This document shows positions 8,351-15,813 of a DNA stretch of 64,000 nt, one piece after another. A model generated the notes under the pieces. That model saw only the letters and a program-made list of their open reading frames with translations. It made no database searches and was not told the DNA's origin. Source of the stretch: a virus; the IMG/VR virus record IMGVR_UViG_3300043436_002834, positions 1 through 64,000 of that record. One strand, written 5' to 3'. Made by a program: the position numbers and the translations under genes. Each line of letters starts with the position of its first letter. The first letter of the stretch is position 1.

Positions 8351-8386
8351 AACAACAAACAAAAAGGTAAGGGCCGAAGCCCTACC
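8351..8386 (-). terminator. C(UUCG)G-capped terminator
   Basis: ggtagggCTTCGGcccttacc plus T-tract after 8388 stop. Confidence 0.75.
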
Positions 8387-8387
8387 C

Positions 8388-8522
8388 TTAATGTGCGTGA
8401 GGCTTTGCTTGTGCCTTCTTAATAGACTTGGACACATAGTATCCCTTAGTGTGGCAAGACTTGGCTGTACCACAAGATGCTAAGAAGATAAGTGCCGTAA
8501 TGATTAGCAATGTCTTTTTCAT
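8388..8522 (-). CDS. Small lipoprotein (44 aa, not in ORF track)
   Basis: MKKTLLIITALIFLASC with lipobox LAS-C. Confidence 0.65.
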   Translation of the reverse strand: MKKTLLIITALIFLASCGTAKSCHTKGYYVSKSIKKAQAKPHAH

Positions 8523-8524
8523 AA

Positions 8525-8740
8525 CTATAAGTTATCTTTGATTAATACTGATGGAATACTGTCAATAGGGCAGAAGTATGTATGTCTGTCTAATCCCTCA
8601 ATGATTGCTGAATTACCTTTCAACTCAATGAAGTATTCAGTGTCCACGTGTCTTGTGCGGTGTTGTGTAGTTGATCCAATTAATAATCCAACTACTACAC
8701 CTAATGTGATATAACTCACAGCTGTTAAAACTTTTTTCAT
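8525..8740 (-). CDS. Small membrane-anchored protein
   Basis: N-terminal TM helix. Confidence 0.65.
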   Translation of the reverse strand: MKKVLTAVSYITLGVVVGLLIGSTTQHRTRHVDTEYFIELKGNSAIIEGLDRHTYFCPIDSIPSVLIKDNL

Positions 8741-8811
8741 TTCTTTTGATTTAAAAGGTGTTGACTGTAGAATAGAGCCATAGCCAACACCGTAATTAAT
8801 AATGCATTCAT
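8737..8811 (-). CDS. 24-aa hydrophobic peptide (not in ORF track)
   Basis: MNALLITVLAMALFYSQHLLNQKK*; ATGA overlaps at both ends. Confidence 0.55.
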   Translation of the reverse strand: MNALLITVLAMALFYSQHLLNQKK

Positions 8812-8966
8812 TTCTCTAATTCAATTTTTGCTAATCCCCACACTGTCATTACAAATGCAAAGATGAAGGTGAATACTGCAAAGCTTGAATTGGTGAGACC
8901 AATCATTGGAATTGATACACCAACTAAGAGTGTACCACTGATTGTCAACTTTGTTCCTTTGTCCAT
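8808..8966 (-). CDS. Small two-TM membrane protein
   Basis: Likely start MDKGTK; two hydrophobic helices. Confidence 0.6.
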   Translation of the reverse strand: MDKGTKLTISGTLLVGVSIPMIGLTNSSFAVFTFIFAFVMTVWGLAKIELEK

Positions 8967-8973
8967 AGCGCAA

Positions 8974-9147
8974 TTAGTTATTGTCTTTGAACAAAGGATG
9001 AACCAAGTTGAGAGCGAAGATAGCACCACTCAATAGAAACAAATACAAGCCTAAGATAAGCTGATCATTGTTGTTTGAGATAACTACTTGGTAAGCGCTT
9101 GCTGCTGCCATGAGAACAAGCAATAATGTAAACAAATTGTTTTTCAT
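8974..9147 (-). CDS. Small two-TM membrane protein, first early gene
   Basis: Likely start MKNNLF at 9147, downstream of module copy C. Confidence 0.6.
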   Translation of the reverse strand: MKNNLFTLLLVLMAAASAYQVVISNNNDQLILGLYLFLLSGAIFALNLVHPLFKDNN

Positions 9148-9169
9148 GATAATTAGTTTAAGGGTTTTA

Positions 9170-9213
9170 AAATGACTTGTCATTTAAATTTATGTTTTAG
9201 ATGAGCGTGCTGT
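9170..9213 (-). promoter_or_regulatory. Early hairpin promoter/leader module, copy C
   Basis: Identical 16-bp palindrome to copy B plus conserved upstream block. Confidence 0.6.
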
Positions 9214-9239
9214 ATTAACACCCAATATACATCTAACAC

Positions 9240-9570
9240 ACTGTGCTCTGCTCTCCTCCCTGCTCTCTCCTTCTCTGTGTCTGGTGCTCCGTGTCCTGTG
9301 CTCCGGTTGTGGGTGAGAGTGCTGTCTGTTGAGCAACACCTTCTCCCCAGAGATATTTCTTTGGATCCTGCCCAGGATTTTTTCTACCCAAACTTTTTAC
9401 CTAGGGGGTACACCACTCGCAGTCCGAGGGCGGGGGGTCCGGAATGGTAGGGTACCACCACACCCTTATATTGTCCAGTTTTAATTTACCCAAAAAGTTC
9501 TTACCTTTACAATGCTACAGATTGATTGCCCTGGGGGTTGTTCTTTCATTCTTACCCCTGGGGGGATCTA
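9240..9570. other. GC-rich divergent junction; candidate genome terminus / terminal repeat region
   Basis: Non-coding, pyrimidine-skewed then G-run-rich; separates divergent gene blocks. Confidence 0.4.
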
Positions 9571-9621
9571 AATAATGGTAATGTAGTTTAGATTTTTATT
9601 TTAACCTGTGGAACAAACTGC

Positions 9622-10101
9622 ATGAGTACAATTATAATTGACTCTATTCCTTTAGAGCCCTATAGCTATGACAGACTAATTGTAGTCAGTGGGCATAATG
9701 CTGATGAAGTCATAGCTTGGTTTAAAGAAAACTATGGAAGCATAGATACCAGGGATCTTAAAAAAATCAAAAAGCATCACGAGTGGGTTAGAGAAATAGT
9801 GGCAGAAATTAATGATCTGCGTAAAGATTTAGAAGAACTGGATCAGTATGGAACATCTGCTTCTAATGGAATGTATACATGGCAAGATCTTAAAAGCTAT
9901 CCTAATTCTAAATTTAGAATGATTATTCTCAAATACGGGTTTGATCCAACTAATCCACATAACATGGGTACATTAGCTCATGAGACATTACACCTGTGTC
10001 AAGAGTTCTTGCCTATTTTCCTAGACCGCAATAAGGAAATGGAAGCCGAGGCTTATTTTCACTCACACATAATGGAGAAAATTTACTCTCTGTTCTTATA
10101 A
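9622..10101 (+). CDS. HExxH metallopeptidase-like phage protein
   Basis: LAHETLH...EAEAY motif. Confidence 0.6.
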   Translation: MSTIIIDSIPLEPYSYDRLIVVSGHNADEVIAWFKENYGSIDTRDLKKIKKHHEWVREIVAEINDLRKDLEELDQYGTSASNGMYTWQDLKSYPNSKFRMIILKYGFDPTNPHNMGTLAHETLHLCQEFLPIFLDRNKEMEAEAYFHSHIMEKIYSLFL

Positions 10102-10112
10102 AAAATAATTTA

Positions 10113-10120
10113 TACATTTG
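10113..10120 (+). promoter_or_regulatory. Bacteroidota sigmaA-type -7 element
   Basis: TACATTTG (TAnnTTTG) upstream of 10143 ORF; also TATCTTTG 10430, TATATTTG 26585 and 37870. Confidence 0.55.
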
Positions 10121-10142
10121 CTCAAATCAAAATCAAGATAAA

Positions 10143-10283
10143 ATGGCAAAGGTTAACACTAGTTCTGTAGGAAAAAGAATTACTTCTAAAGTAAGTAGGC
10201 CAGGTGTCCATGCGAAGACTAAAACGTCTAAGTCTAAAGGCTCCAAAAACTACAAGAAAGCCTACAAAGGGCAAGGGAAATAA
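10143..10283 (+). CDS. Small basic protein (46 aa, not in ORF track)
   Basis: MAKVNTSS...KKAYKGQGK*; K/S-rich. Confidence 0.65.
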   Translation: MAKVNTSSVGKRITSKVSRPGVHAKTKTSKSKGSKNYKKAYKGQGK

Positions 10284-10352
10284 TACTCCCTAATATATAA
10301 TATAGAGAGACTACCATAACTCTCTAGTTTTGACCTACTTATAAAGATATAC

Positions 10353-10412
10353 TGCACCCAAAAAGGTGCAAATTTCTCAAAAAACGGCATTTTTTGCACC
10401 TAAAAGGGTGCA
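10353..10412. promoter_or_regulatory. Tandem palindromic operators TGCACC-N6-GGTGCA
   Basis: Copies at 10353-10370 and 10395-10412 (42-bp spacing). Confidence 0.65.
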
Positions 10413-10440
10413 TTGTTGGAAAATAGTGCTATCTTTGGGT

Positions 10441-10932
10441 ATGGTTAAATCAGTTATCAGAAAGACTAGGCTTACAGAAGGCATTGTAGATGTTAGCACA
10501 GGAGAGATTCTCCCGGCTTCTACTACAGTTAATGTTGTTGACAAAGACTTGGTTATCATTCACAGCGAAGAGTATGTTATAATTGATAGTTCTGCCCTTC
10601 AGTACATCTTACAGAACTTTAGTCCTGTAGATTATGGAAGAATCTTAAAGATGGCAGACATGACTAACGGTCCATATAACATTCTTTATCATGAACGCTC
10701 AGTTCCACATAGTGATAATTCACTTATGAGTGAATTAAAGTACACCAGAAACAAGTATGCTGATTTTATGAAGAGACTCTACCGTAAGAGTGTGATTAGT
10801 TACATCCATACGGTAAAGGATGGGAAGGAGTACAAGTATATTATGCTCAATCCTAACCTAGCAAGGAAAAGAAAGACAATTGACAAACAGTGTTTGACAT
10901 ATTTTGATGAATTAGGAACTAAAAAGTTGTAA
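10441..10932 (+). CDS. RepL-like winged-helix DNA-binding protein
   Basis: VDVSTGEI N-terminal motif; HTH followed by Y..MLNPNLARK wing typical of RepL family. Confidence 0.5.
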   Translation: MVKSVIRKTRLTEGIVDVSTGEILPASTTVNVVDKDLVIIHSEEYVIIDSSALQYILQNFSPVDYGRILKMADMTNGPYNILYHERSVPHSDNSLMSELKYTRNKYADFMKRLYRKSVISYIHTVKDGKEYKYIMLNPNLARKRKTIDKQCLTYFDELGTKKL

Positions 10933-10933
10933 G

Positions 10934-11125
10934 ATGGTACGAGTATTCTATAGGGTGTTCAATGGGTATAAGATTAAATTTTGCAGAGCTTACTTCTGTA
11001 TTGGAATTGGAATGGATCAACTAACCCCTGCTTACTATAAGTACTCAACTGGAAGATCAATGGGTCCTGTCAAGAAAGAAGTTAAAGCGTGTCCAACTAA
11101 AACTAAGTTAAATGTGGGTATTTGA
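10934..11125 (+). CDS. Small hypothetical protein
   Basis: Fills operon gap. Confidence 0.4.
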   Translation: MVRVFYRVFNGYKIKFCRAYFCIGIGMDQLTPAYYKYSTGRSMGPVKKEVKACPTKTKLNVGI

Positions 11126-11528
11126 AGGTAAGGAGTTTACTGAAGACATGATTCCGGAAGGAGCTGTTGGATTTGTTTATGAGATGTTGGCAATTATTGA
11201 TGGCAAATCTGTGCGCTACATTGGTAAGAAGAATTTCTATGCCGATGTCAAAACCAAATTGGCTAAGAAAGATCTTCCTACAGATAAAAGGTTAAAGAGT
11301 TATAAGCGTGTACGCAAGACTACATATCAGAACTACTACAGTAGTAATGAGGTTTTGAAAAAAGCTAAGAAAGATGGAATTCCAATCAGAAGAGAAATTC
11401 TAGAGATCTGTTTTAGCAAATTAAAGCTGTCTTATGCAGAATGCAAATACCAATTCACATTAGCTGTATTGGAAAAAGATGAATTCCTTAATGGAAACAT
11501 ACTTGGTAAATTCTATAAACAACAATGA
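11112..11528 (+). CDS. GIY-YIG family endonuclease
   Basis: GFVY...RYIGKK, YYSS, REIL and C-terminal LNGNI motifs. Confidence 0.75.
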   Translation: MWVFEGKEFTEDMIPEGAVGFVYEMLAIIDGKSVRYIGKKNFYADVKTKLAKKDLPTDKRLKSYKRVRKTTYQNYYSSNEVLKKAKKDGIPIRREILEICFSKLKLSYAECKYQFTLAVLEKDEFLNGNILGKFYKQQ

Positions 11529-11529
11529 T

Positions 11530-12042
11530 ATGCAAGTTAAAGTAATGCATGGCTCTTCAGAGTCAAAGGGACAAATGATTTTTAATGAATTCTTAGATGA
11601 AAATGGAAGCCAGTATCAGTTGCAGTTTCCAGAAGGACCGTTTTGGATTTCTAAAGATGCTGTTTGGGTAAGAAGAAATGAAAATTATAATTGGGAATCT
11701 GGTAGCAAATACAAATATGATGAACAAGGGTCAATTCAGGCAAATGTATTGTTGGATGATATTCATCAAACATTTCAAAACTGTATGGAAACAGCTATTA
11801 GAAAAAACAATGACTATGGGGGATCTAACAATAACCCATTTGCCAATTTTGAAAATTCAACAGTTGCAGGTGTACCTGTAGAAAGAGGTATCTTAGTTCG
11901 CTTGATGGATAAGATGTCGCGTATATCCACTTTGTTGGATAAAGAAGCTATGGTAAAAGATGAAGCAATCACAGATACAATTGAAGATGCTATCAATTAC
12001 TTGGCAATTTTGAAATCGTATATTAACCAAAAAAACAAATAA
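11530..12042 (+). CDS. Protein with C-terminal DUF1599/Nmad1 (MazG-like nucleotide-modification-associated) domain
   Basis: RKNNDYG...GILVRLMDKMSRI...DTIEDAINY motif. Confidence 0.7.
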   Translation: MQVKVMHGSSESKGQMIFNEFLDENGSQYQLQFPEGPFWISKDAVWVRRNENYNWESGSKYKYDEQGSIQANVLLDDIHQTFQNCMETAIRKNNDYGGSNNNPFANFENSTVAGVPVERGILVRLMDKMSRISTLLDKEAMVKDEAITDTIEDAINYLAILKSYINQKNK

Positions 12043-12043
12043 C

Positions 12044-12151
12044 ATGAATGTTTTAGTAATTGCAACAGGTGTATGCCTAGGAGTATTGGCATCAGTAGGT
12101 TTAGTTTATCTAGGCGAGTATTTAATTGAAGTATACAAAAACCGAGATTAA
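12044..12151 (+). CDS. 35-aa single-TM peptide (not in ORF track)
   Basis: MNVLVIATGVCLGVLASVGLVYLGEYLIEVYKNRD*, tightly packed. Confidence 0.55.
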   Translation: MNVLVIATGVCLGVLASVGLVYLGEYLIEVYKNRD

Positions 12152-12152
12152 C

Positions 12153-12740
12153 ATGAAATATGTTAAAAGAATTGTAGCTATTGATGCGGTCCAATTTACG
12201 GACCCATCATTAGCAACTATGGATAAAATTGCAGAATTCATGGATGGATCACAAAGTGTATTACATACTTCTGGTGAACCAAAAATTGAAATTCCTACTC
12301 TTGAAGGAACTATGACTGCATCTCTTGGTGATTATATCATAAAGGGAGTCAATGGTGAATTCTATCCATGTAAGCCAGATATTTTTGAAAAAACCTATGT
12401 TTCTGCTGATGAAACTGGAAGTTTATCTGACGGGTACCATACATTTGATGAGTTGTATGAATTCAGAAAAATGTACAATGCCGTTGCATTTAATGCATGG
12501 GCAAAAGAAGGATTATATGATGTGCATAAATCCAAACATCACAGCGATGGCACAAAATGCTTTGGTGGTGGATGGTTTATTGTAATGGCAATCCTTCCTA
12601 CAGGACAAATCTCCAATCACTATAAGATGGAAGATTGGGATTTATTTCAATGTCCGGAAGAACTAATTGTAAAACAAGCATATGATGGACATACCGCTCA
12701 GGATGTGCTGAACAGATTAGAAGATGTCGCGAAAAACTAA
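12153..12740 (+). CDS. Two-domain phage protein (PGDYG-like domain plus WDGH-like domain)
   Basis: IPTLEG...GDYIIKG..GEFYPCKPDIFEKTY fused to SDGYHTFDELY...GQISNHY...YDGHT. Confidence 0.65.
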   Translation: MKYVKRIVAIDAVQFTDPSLATMDKIAEFMDGSQSVLHTSGEPKIEIPTLEGTMTASLGDYIIKGVNGEFYPCKPDIFEKTYVSADETGSLSDGYHTFDELYEFRKMYNAVAFNAWAKEGLYDVHKSKHHSDGTKCFGGGWFIVMAILPTGQISNHYKMEDWDLFQCPEELIVKQAYDGHTAQDVLNRLEDVAKN

Positions 12741-12870
12741 AAAAGAAATGCCTGATTATGGTTACAAAGGAAGATCAAACTATGAGGCTTCTATGTCTGC
12801 TATTTCCCTTTGTATAGTATTAATTGTATTAGGGGCATTTGTTTATATGACAGCGAGTTTAATTTTTTAA
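12724..12870 (+). CDS. 48-aa membrane peptide (not in ORF track)
   Basis: C-terminal TM helix. Confidence 0.5.
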   Translation: MSRKTKKEMPDYGYKGRSNYEASMSAISLCIVLIVLGAFVYMTASLIF

Positions 12871-12892
12871 ATAATAATATTAATTTTACACC

Positions 12893-13174
12893 ATGAAATA
12901 TCAAGGAAAACTAGTCATCTTAGACAAACCAACTTATGAGCCTAAAATTGCCGGCTTAGAACTCAGTCCAGAAGCGCAAGCATCAATGGAAGCAGACTTA
13001 GTAAAACACTACACTAAACTTAAAGTACATGCTGTAGGAGAAGAAGTCACATTCTGCAAAGCCGGAGATGAAGTGCTTGTAACACCACGTCAACTTTCTT
13101 ACTGTGATGCAGTAGAAATTGATGGAAAAACAAAATTCATTGCTCAAGAATCACACATTGTAGCAATTTATTAA
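12893..13174 (+). CDS. GroES-like co-chaperonin
   Basis: V.AVG...KAGDEVL...EIDGK...ESHIVAI GroES pattern. Confidence 0.7.
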   Translation: MKYQGKLVILDKPTYEPKIAGLELSPEAQASMEADLVKHYTKLKVHAVGEEVTFCKAGDEVLVTPRQLSYCDAVEIDGKTKFIAQESHIVAIY

Positions 13175-13194
13175 GCTTGTTGTTTGTAAACTTA

Positions 13195-13230
13195 AAAGCC
13201 TTGTTAAATTTTAGCAGGGCTTTTTTGTTT
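13195..13230 (+). terminator. Rho-independent terminator
   Basis: aaagccttgtta/tagcagggcttt stem plus T-tract. Confidence 0.7.
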
Positions 13231-13255
13231 TTTAAAGATATTTTTTGTATATTAT
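13224..13255 (+). promoter_or_regulatory. Late promoter TTTG-N20-TATATTAT
   Basis: Same bipartite motif at 14349, 18638, 23389, 40940, 49981. Confidence 0.7.
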
Positions 13256-13279
13256 ACTATACACTTAATAATACTAGAC

Positions 13280-14302
13280 ATGTTAAATAATAGCATTAAC
13301 TTCTTTAATCTGATTAAAACAAAAATGATCAGAAAATCTGTTCAGCCAAATGATTTAATTTATTATGGCGAAAAAGATTCTAAATATAATGGTGGCTACA
13401 AACCTGTAGCTATTTCAGGTGAAGACCTTAAAGCATCTTTAACTGGACTACAAGGTGCGGTAGGTCCACAAGGTCCAATTGGCCCACAGGGTGTACCCGG
13501 TCCAGTTGGTCCTGCAGGTTTAACTTGGCAAGGAGCTTGGACATCAGGAGCAACTTATGCAATTGATGATGCTGTTGGATACAATGGCGCATCTTGGTTT
13601 TGTATTGCTCCAACAAGTGCCACAACACCTCCAAACTTAGCCACAACTGAATGGGCTTTACTTGCTGCTCAAGGCGCTACAGGTCCACAGGGTCCACAGG
13701 GTATTGCTGGTCCTGCCGGTCCATCTGGATCAGGATTATCCGGTACTGCTTATGGTCAAACTACATACTGGAATTCATTTACAGCTCAATGGACACCGAC
13801 AGGTGGTCTAATGACTAATCCAGGCACAGGTGCTCAAGGAACAGCAAGAGTTGCAATTGGTACAACTTCAATTAACCAAACAGGTTATGCGTTAAGAATG
13901 TTTACCAATAATGCAGGTTTGCGAATTGACCAAATTACTCCAGGTTTTGGTATTGCTAATTGGTTAGCCAATAATGCAACTGCATCTCAATATGGATTAA
14001 ATGGTAGCAATGCTGATCCCCTATCTAACTATGCATTTTATTTTACTAATTTTAATAATTATGCAATTAAATTTGCTACAAACACTAATGGTGGCGGTGG
14101 TGACAGATTCCTTATTCAAGGTAATGGTCAGGTAACAGTAGGTTCTGCTTTGGCAACAAACACAGAAGCTAATTTAGTTGTAAAAACAAAAGACATTGAA
14201 GTAGAAGAAATTGGCAAAGGCCTTATTCTTACTTCTCCTGATGGAACTCGTTACAGAATTAGAGTAAGTAACGGTGGTGTTATTGCAGCTACTGCTGTTT
14301 AA
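13280..14302 (+). CDS. Collagen-repeat fibre protein
   Basis: G-X-Y repeats, WQGAW...Y...DAV.YNG.SW module, C-terminal LTSPDGTRYRI. Confidence 0.8.
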   Translation: MLNNSINFFNLIKTKMIRKSVQPNDLIYYGEKDSKYNGGYKPVAISGEDLKASLTGLQGAVGPQGPIGPQGVPGPVGPAGLTWQGAWTSGATYAIDDAVGYNGASWFCIAPTSATTPPNLATTEWALLAAQGATGPQGPQGIAGPAGPSGSGLSGTAYGQTTYWNSFTAQWTPTGGLMTNPGTGAQGTARVAIGTTSINQTGYALRMFTNNAGLRIDQITPGFGIANWLANNATASQYGLNGSNADPLSNYAFYFTNFNNYAIKFATNTNGGGGDRFLIQGNGQVTVGSALATNTEANLVVKTKDIEVEEIGKGLILTSPDGTRYRIRVSNGGVIAATAV

Positions 14303-14322
14303 TTAAAAGAATTAAAACAATT

Positions 14323-14352
14323 AAAGTCCTAAGCAGTTAGGACTTTTTTTTG
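14323..14352 (+). terminator. Rho-independent terminator
   Basis: aaagtcctaa/ttaggacttt stem plus T-tract. Confidence 0.8.
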
Positions 14353-14408
14353 CTTTTTAAATATATTTTTTGTATATTATAGGATATTGTTTATTAAACA
14401 CACACACC

Positions 14409-14792
14409 ATGTCAATTATAAATTCAGATCAGTTTAATACTGATTGGCAACTAAGAGTATTAAAAGGACTACAATCTGTAAGCGATAAAATAGCTGCATT
14501 AGGCGGAGGTGGTAGTTCAATAACTCCAGTTCTAGTTATTCCTACAGTTCGCAAAGAATTAAACACACAGGGTTTACTTGATGAAGTTGTTAAATCAATT
14601 TCATTCGCAAGTATTGGTACAGCAAATGCATATGTTTCTTTTGATGGTGGTGCTACTAATGTAACTTTAAAACCAGGAGAAGTAGTAAACATGGATGCAG
14701 GAGCAGTTAACAATTTTTATGCGTCTAATACATTTGGTTGGGATACTACATTTAATCCTGGTGCAGAATTATTGATTTCATACAACAAATAA
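14409..14792 (+). CDS. Virion/fibre-associated protein
   Basis: ATG 14409; the TTG start in the track lies inside the promoter. Confidence 0.65.
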   Translation: MSIINSDQFNTDWQLRVLKGLQSVSDKIAALGGGGSSITPVLVIPTVRKELNTQGLLDEVVKSISFASIGTANAYVSFDGGATNVTLKPGEVVNMDAGAVNNFYASNTFGWDTTFNPGAELLISYNK

Positions 14793-14797
14793 GTTGA

Positions 14798-15535
14798 GTG
14801 CCTGCCAACTTCCAAATACCCGCTGATGCTACTAAGGTTGTAGTAATAGGAAAAAATTTAAGTTCTTCATTCCTATATAGGGGGACTATTGTTTATTTAA
14901 CAAGTGATGGAAGTAAAAGACCAGTCTTTGTTAAGGCTCAAGCCAATACTGAATTAAGTTCAGAACACACTTTTGGTGTAATTGATAATGACATTCCACC
15001 TAATACTGAAGGACCTTGTGTTACTATAGGAACACTTGATGCATTAGATACCAGATCTACAGCAGCACATCCTTTTACAACGGATACTTTGGTGGATGGA
15101 GATACCCTCTACCTTTCTCCTACAGTTGCCGGTTATGTAACAAATGTACAACCAGCATATCCGAATCAAATAGTCAAAGTAGGACAGGTAATAAAAACAA
15201 CTCCTCAAACAGGGGTTATTATTTATAGAATTCAGGAGGCAGAAACACAGGTAGTAAGTCCAGGTAGTATAGTAATAGTTACTGTATCGCCATTTACACC
15301 GGCTGTAGGGCAATATTATATCTATGTTGATATGTTGACACCATGCGTCATTAATCTGCCGGCTATAGCGCTATCTAACCCTAATGGGTATAATATAAAA
15401 AACATTGGAGAAAATACAGTGAAAATTGTACCTTTATCTCCGGAACTCATTGATGAGCAGACTGAAATAAACATTAAGAATGCCTATACATCACTTGAGT
15501 TAGTACACACAACAACTAATTGGTATATAGTATGA
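14798..15535 (+). CDS. Decoration/fibre-associated structural protein
   Basis: GD.LYLS...AG.VT..P cement-like domain plus C-terminal LP...IKN...ID beta domain. Confidence 0.65.
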   Translation: MPANFQIPADATKVVVIGKNLSSSFLYRGTIVYLTSDGSKRPVFVKAQANTELSSEHTFGVIDNDIPPNTEGPCVTIGTLDALDTRSTAAHPFTTDTLVDGDTLYLSPTVAGYVTNVQPAYPNQIVKVGQVIKTTPQTGVIIYRIQEAETQVVSPGSIVIVTVSPFTPAVGQYYIYVDMLTPCVINLPAIALSNPNGYNIKNIGENTVKIVPLSPELIDEQTEINIKNAYTSLELVHTTTNWYIV

Positions 15536-15813
15536 GTTATATTGATGTAAAAGAGGTAAACCTCGTAGATGAAAATGGTCAGGTAATTAATCCAGCACAG
15601 GATGAAACTATCATTTTGCTTAGAAGAATTGCAAAACTTTTGGAACCTATAGGTACACAAGATATTAACCAGAGACAAAGGATTACGATTAGTTCTGCTG
15701 AAACAGGTTTTACTACGTCATTTTATGGAGGTGTAGATGCAAGATTTCAATTAATTGATTGGGCAAAAACAAACTATAATACAGGTATTAGAGCAAACTT
15801 AATTTTCTCATAA
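15532..15813 (+). CDS. Small structural protein
   Basis: Likely start MSYIDVK; coupled to next gene. Confidence 0.6.
   Translation: MSYIDVKEVNLVDENGQVINPAQDETIILLRRIAKLLEPIGTQDINQRQRITISSAETGFTTSFYGGVDARFQLIDWAKTNYNTGIRANLIFS

Noticed and set aside
7360-8473. ORFs 7360..7710, 7400..7654 and 8219..8473
   Set aside because: They overlay promoter/terminator modules and have implausible composition
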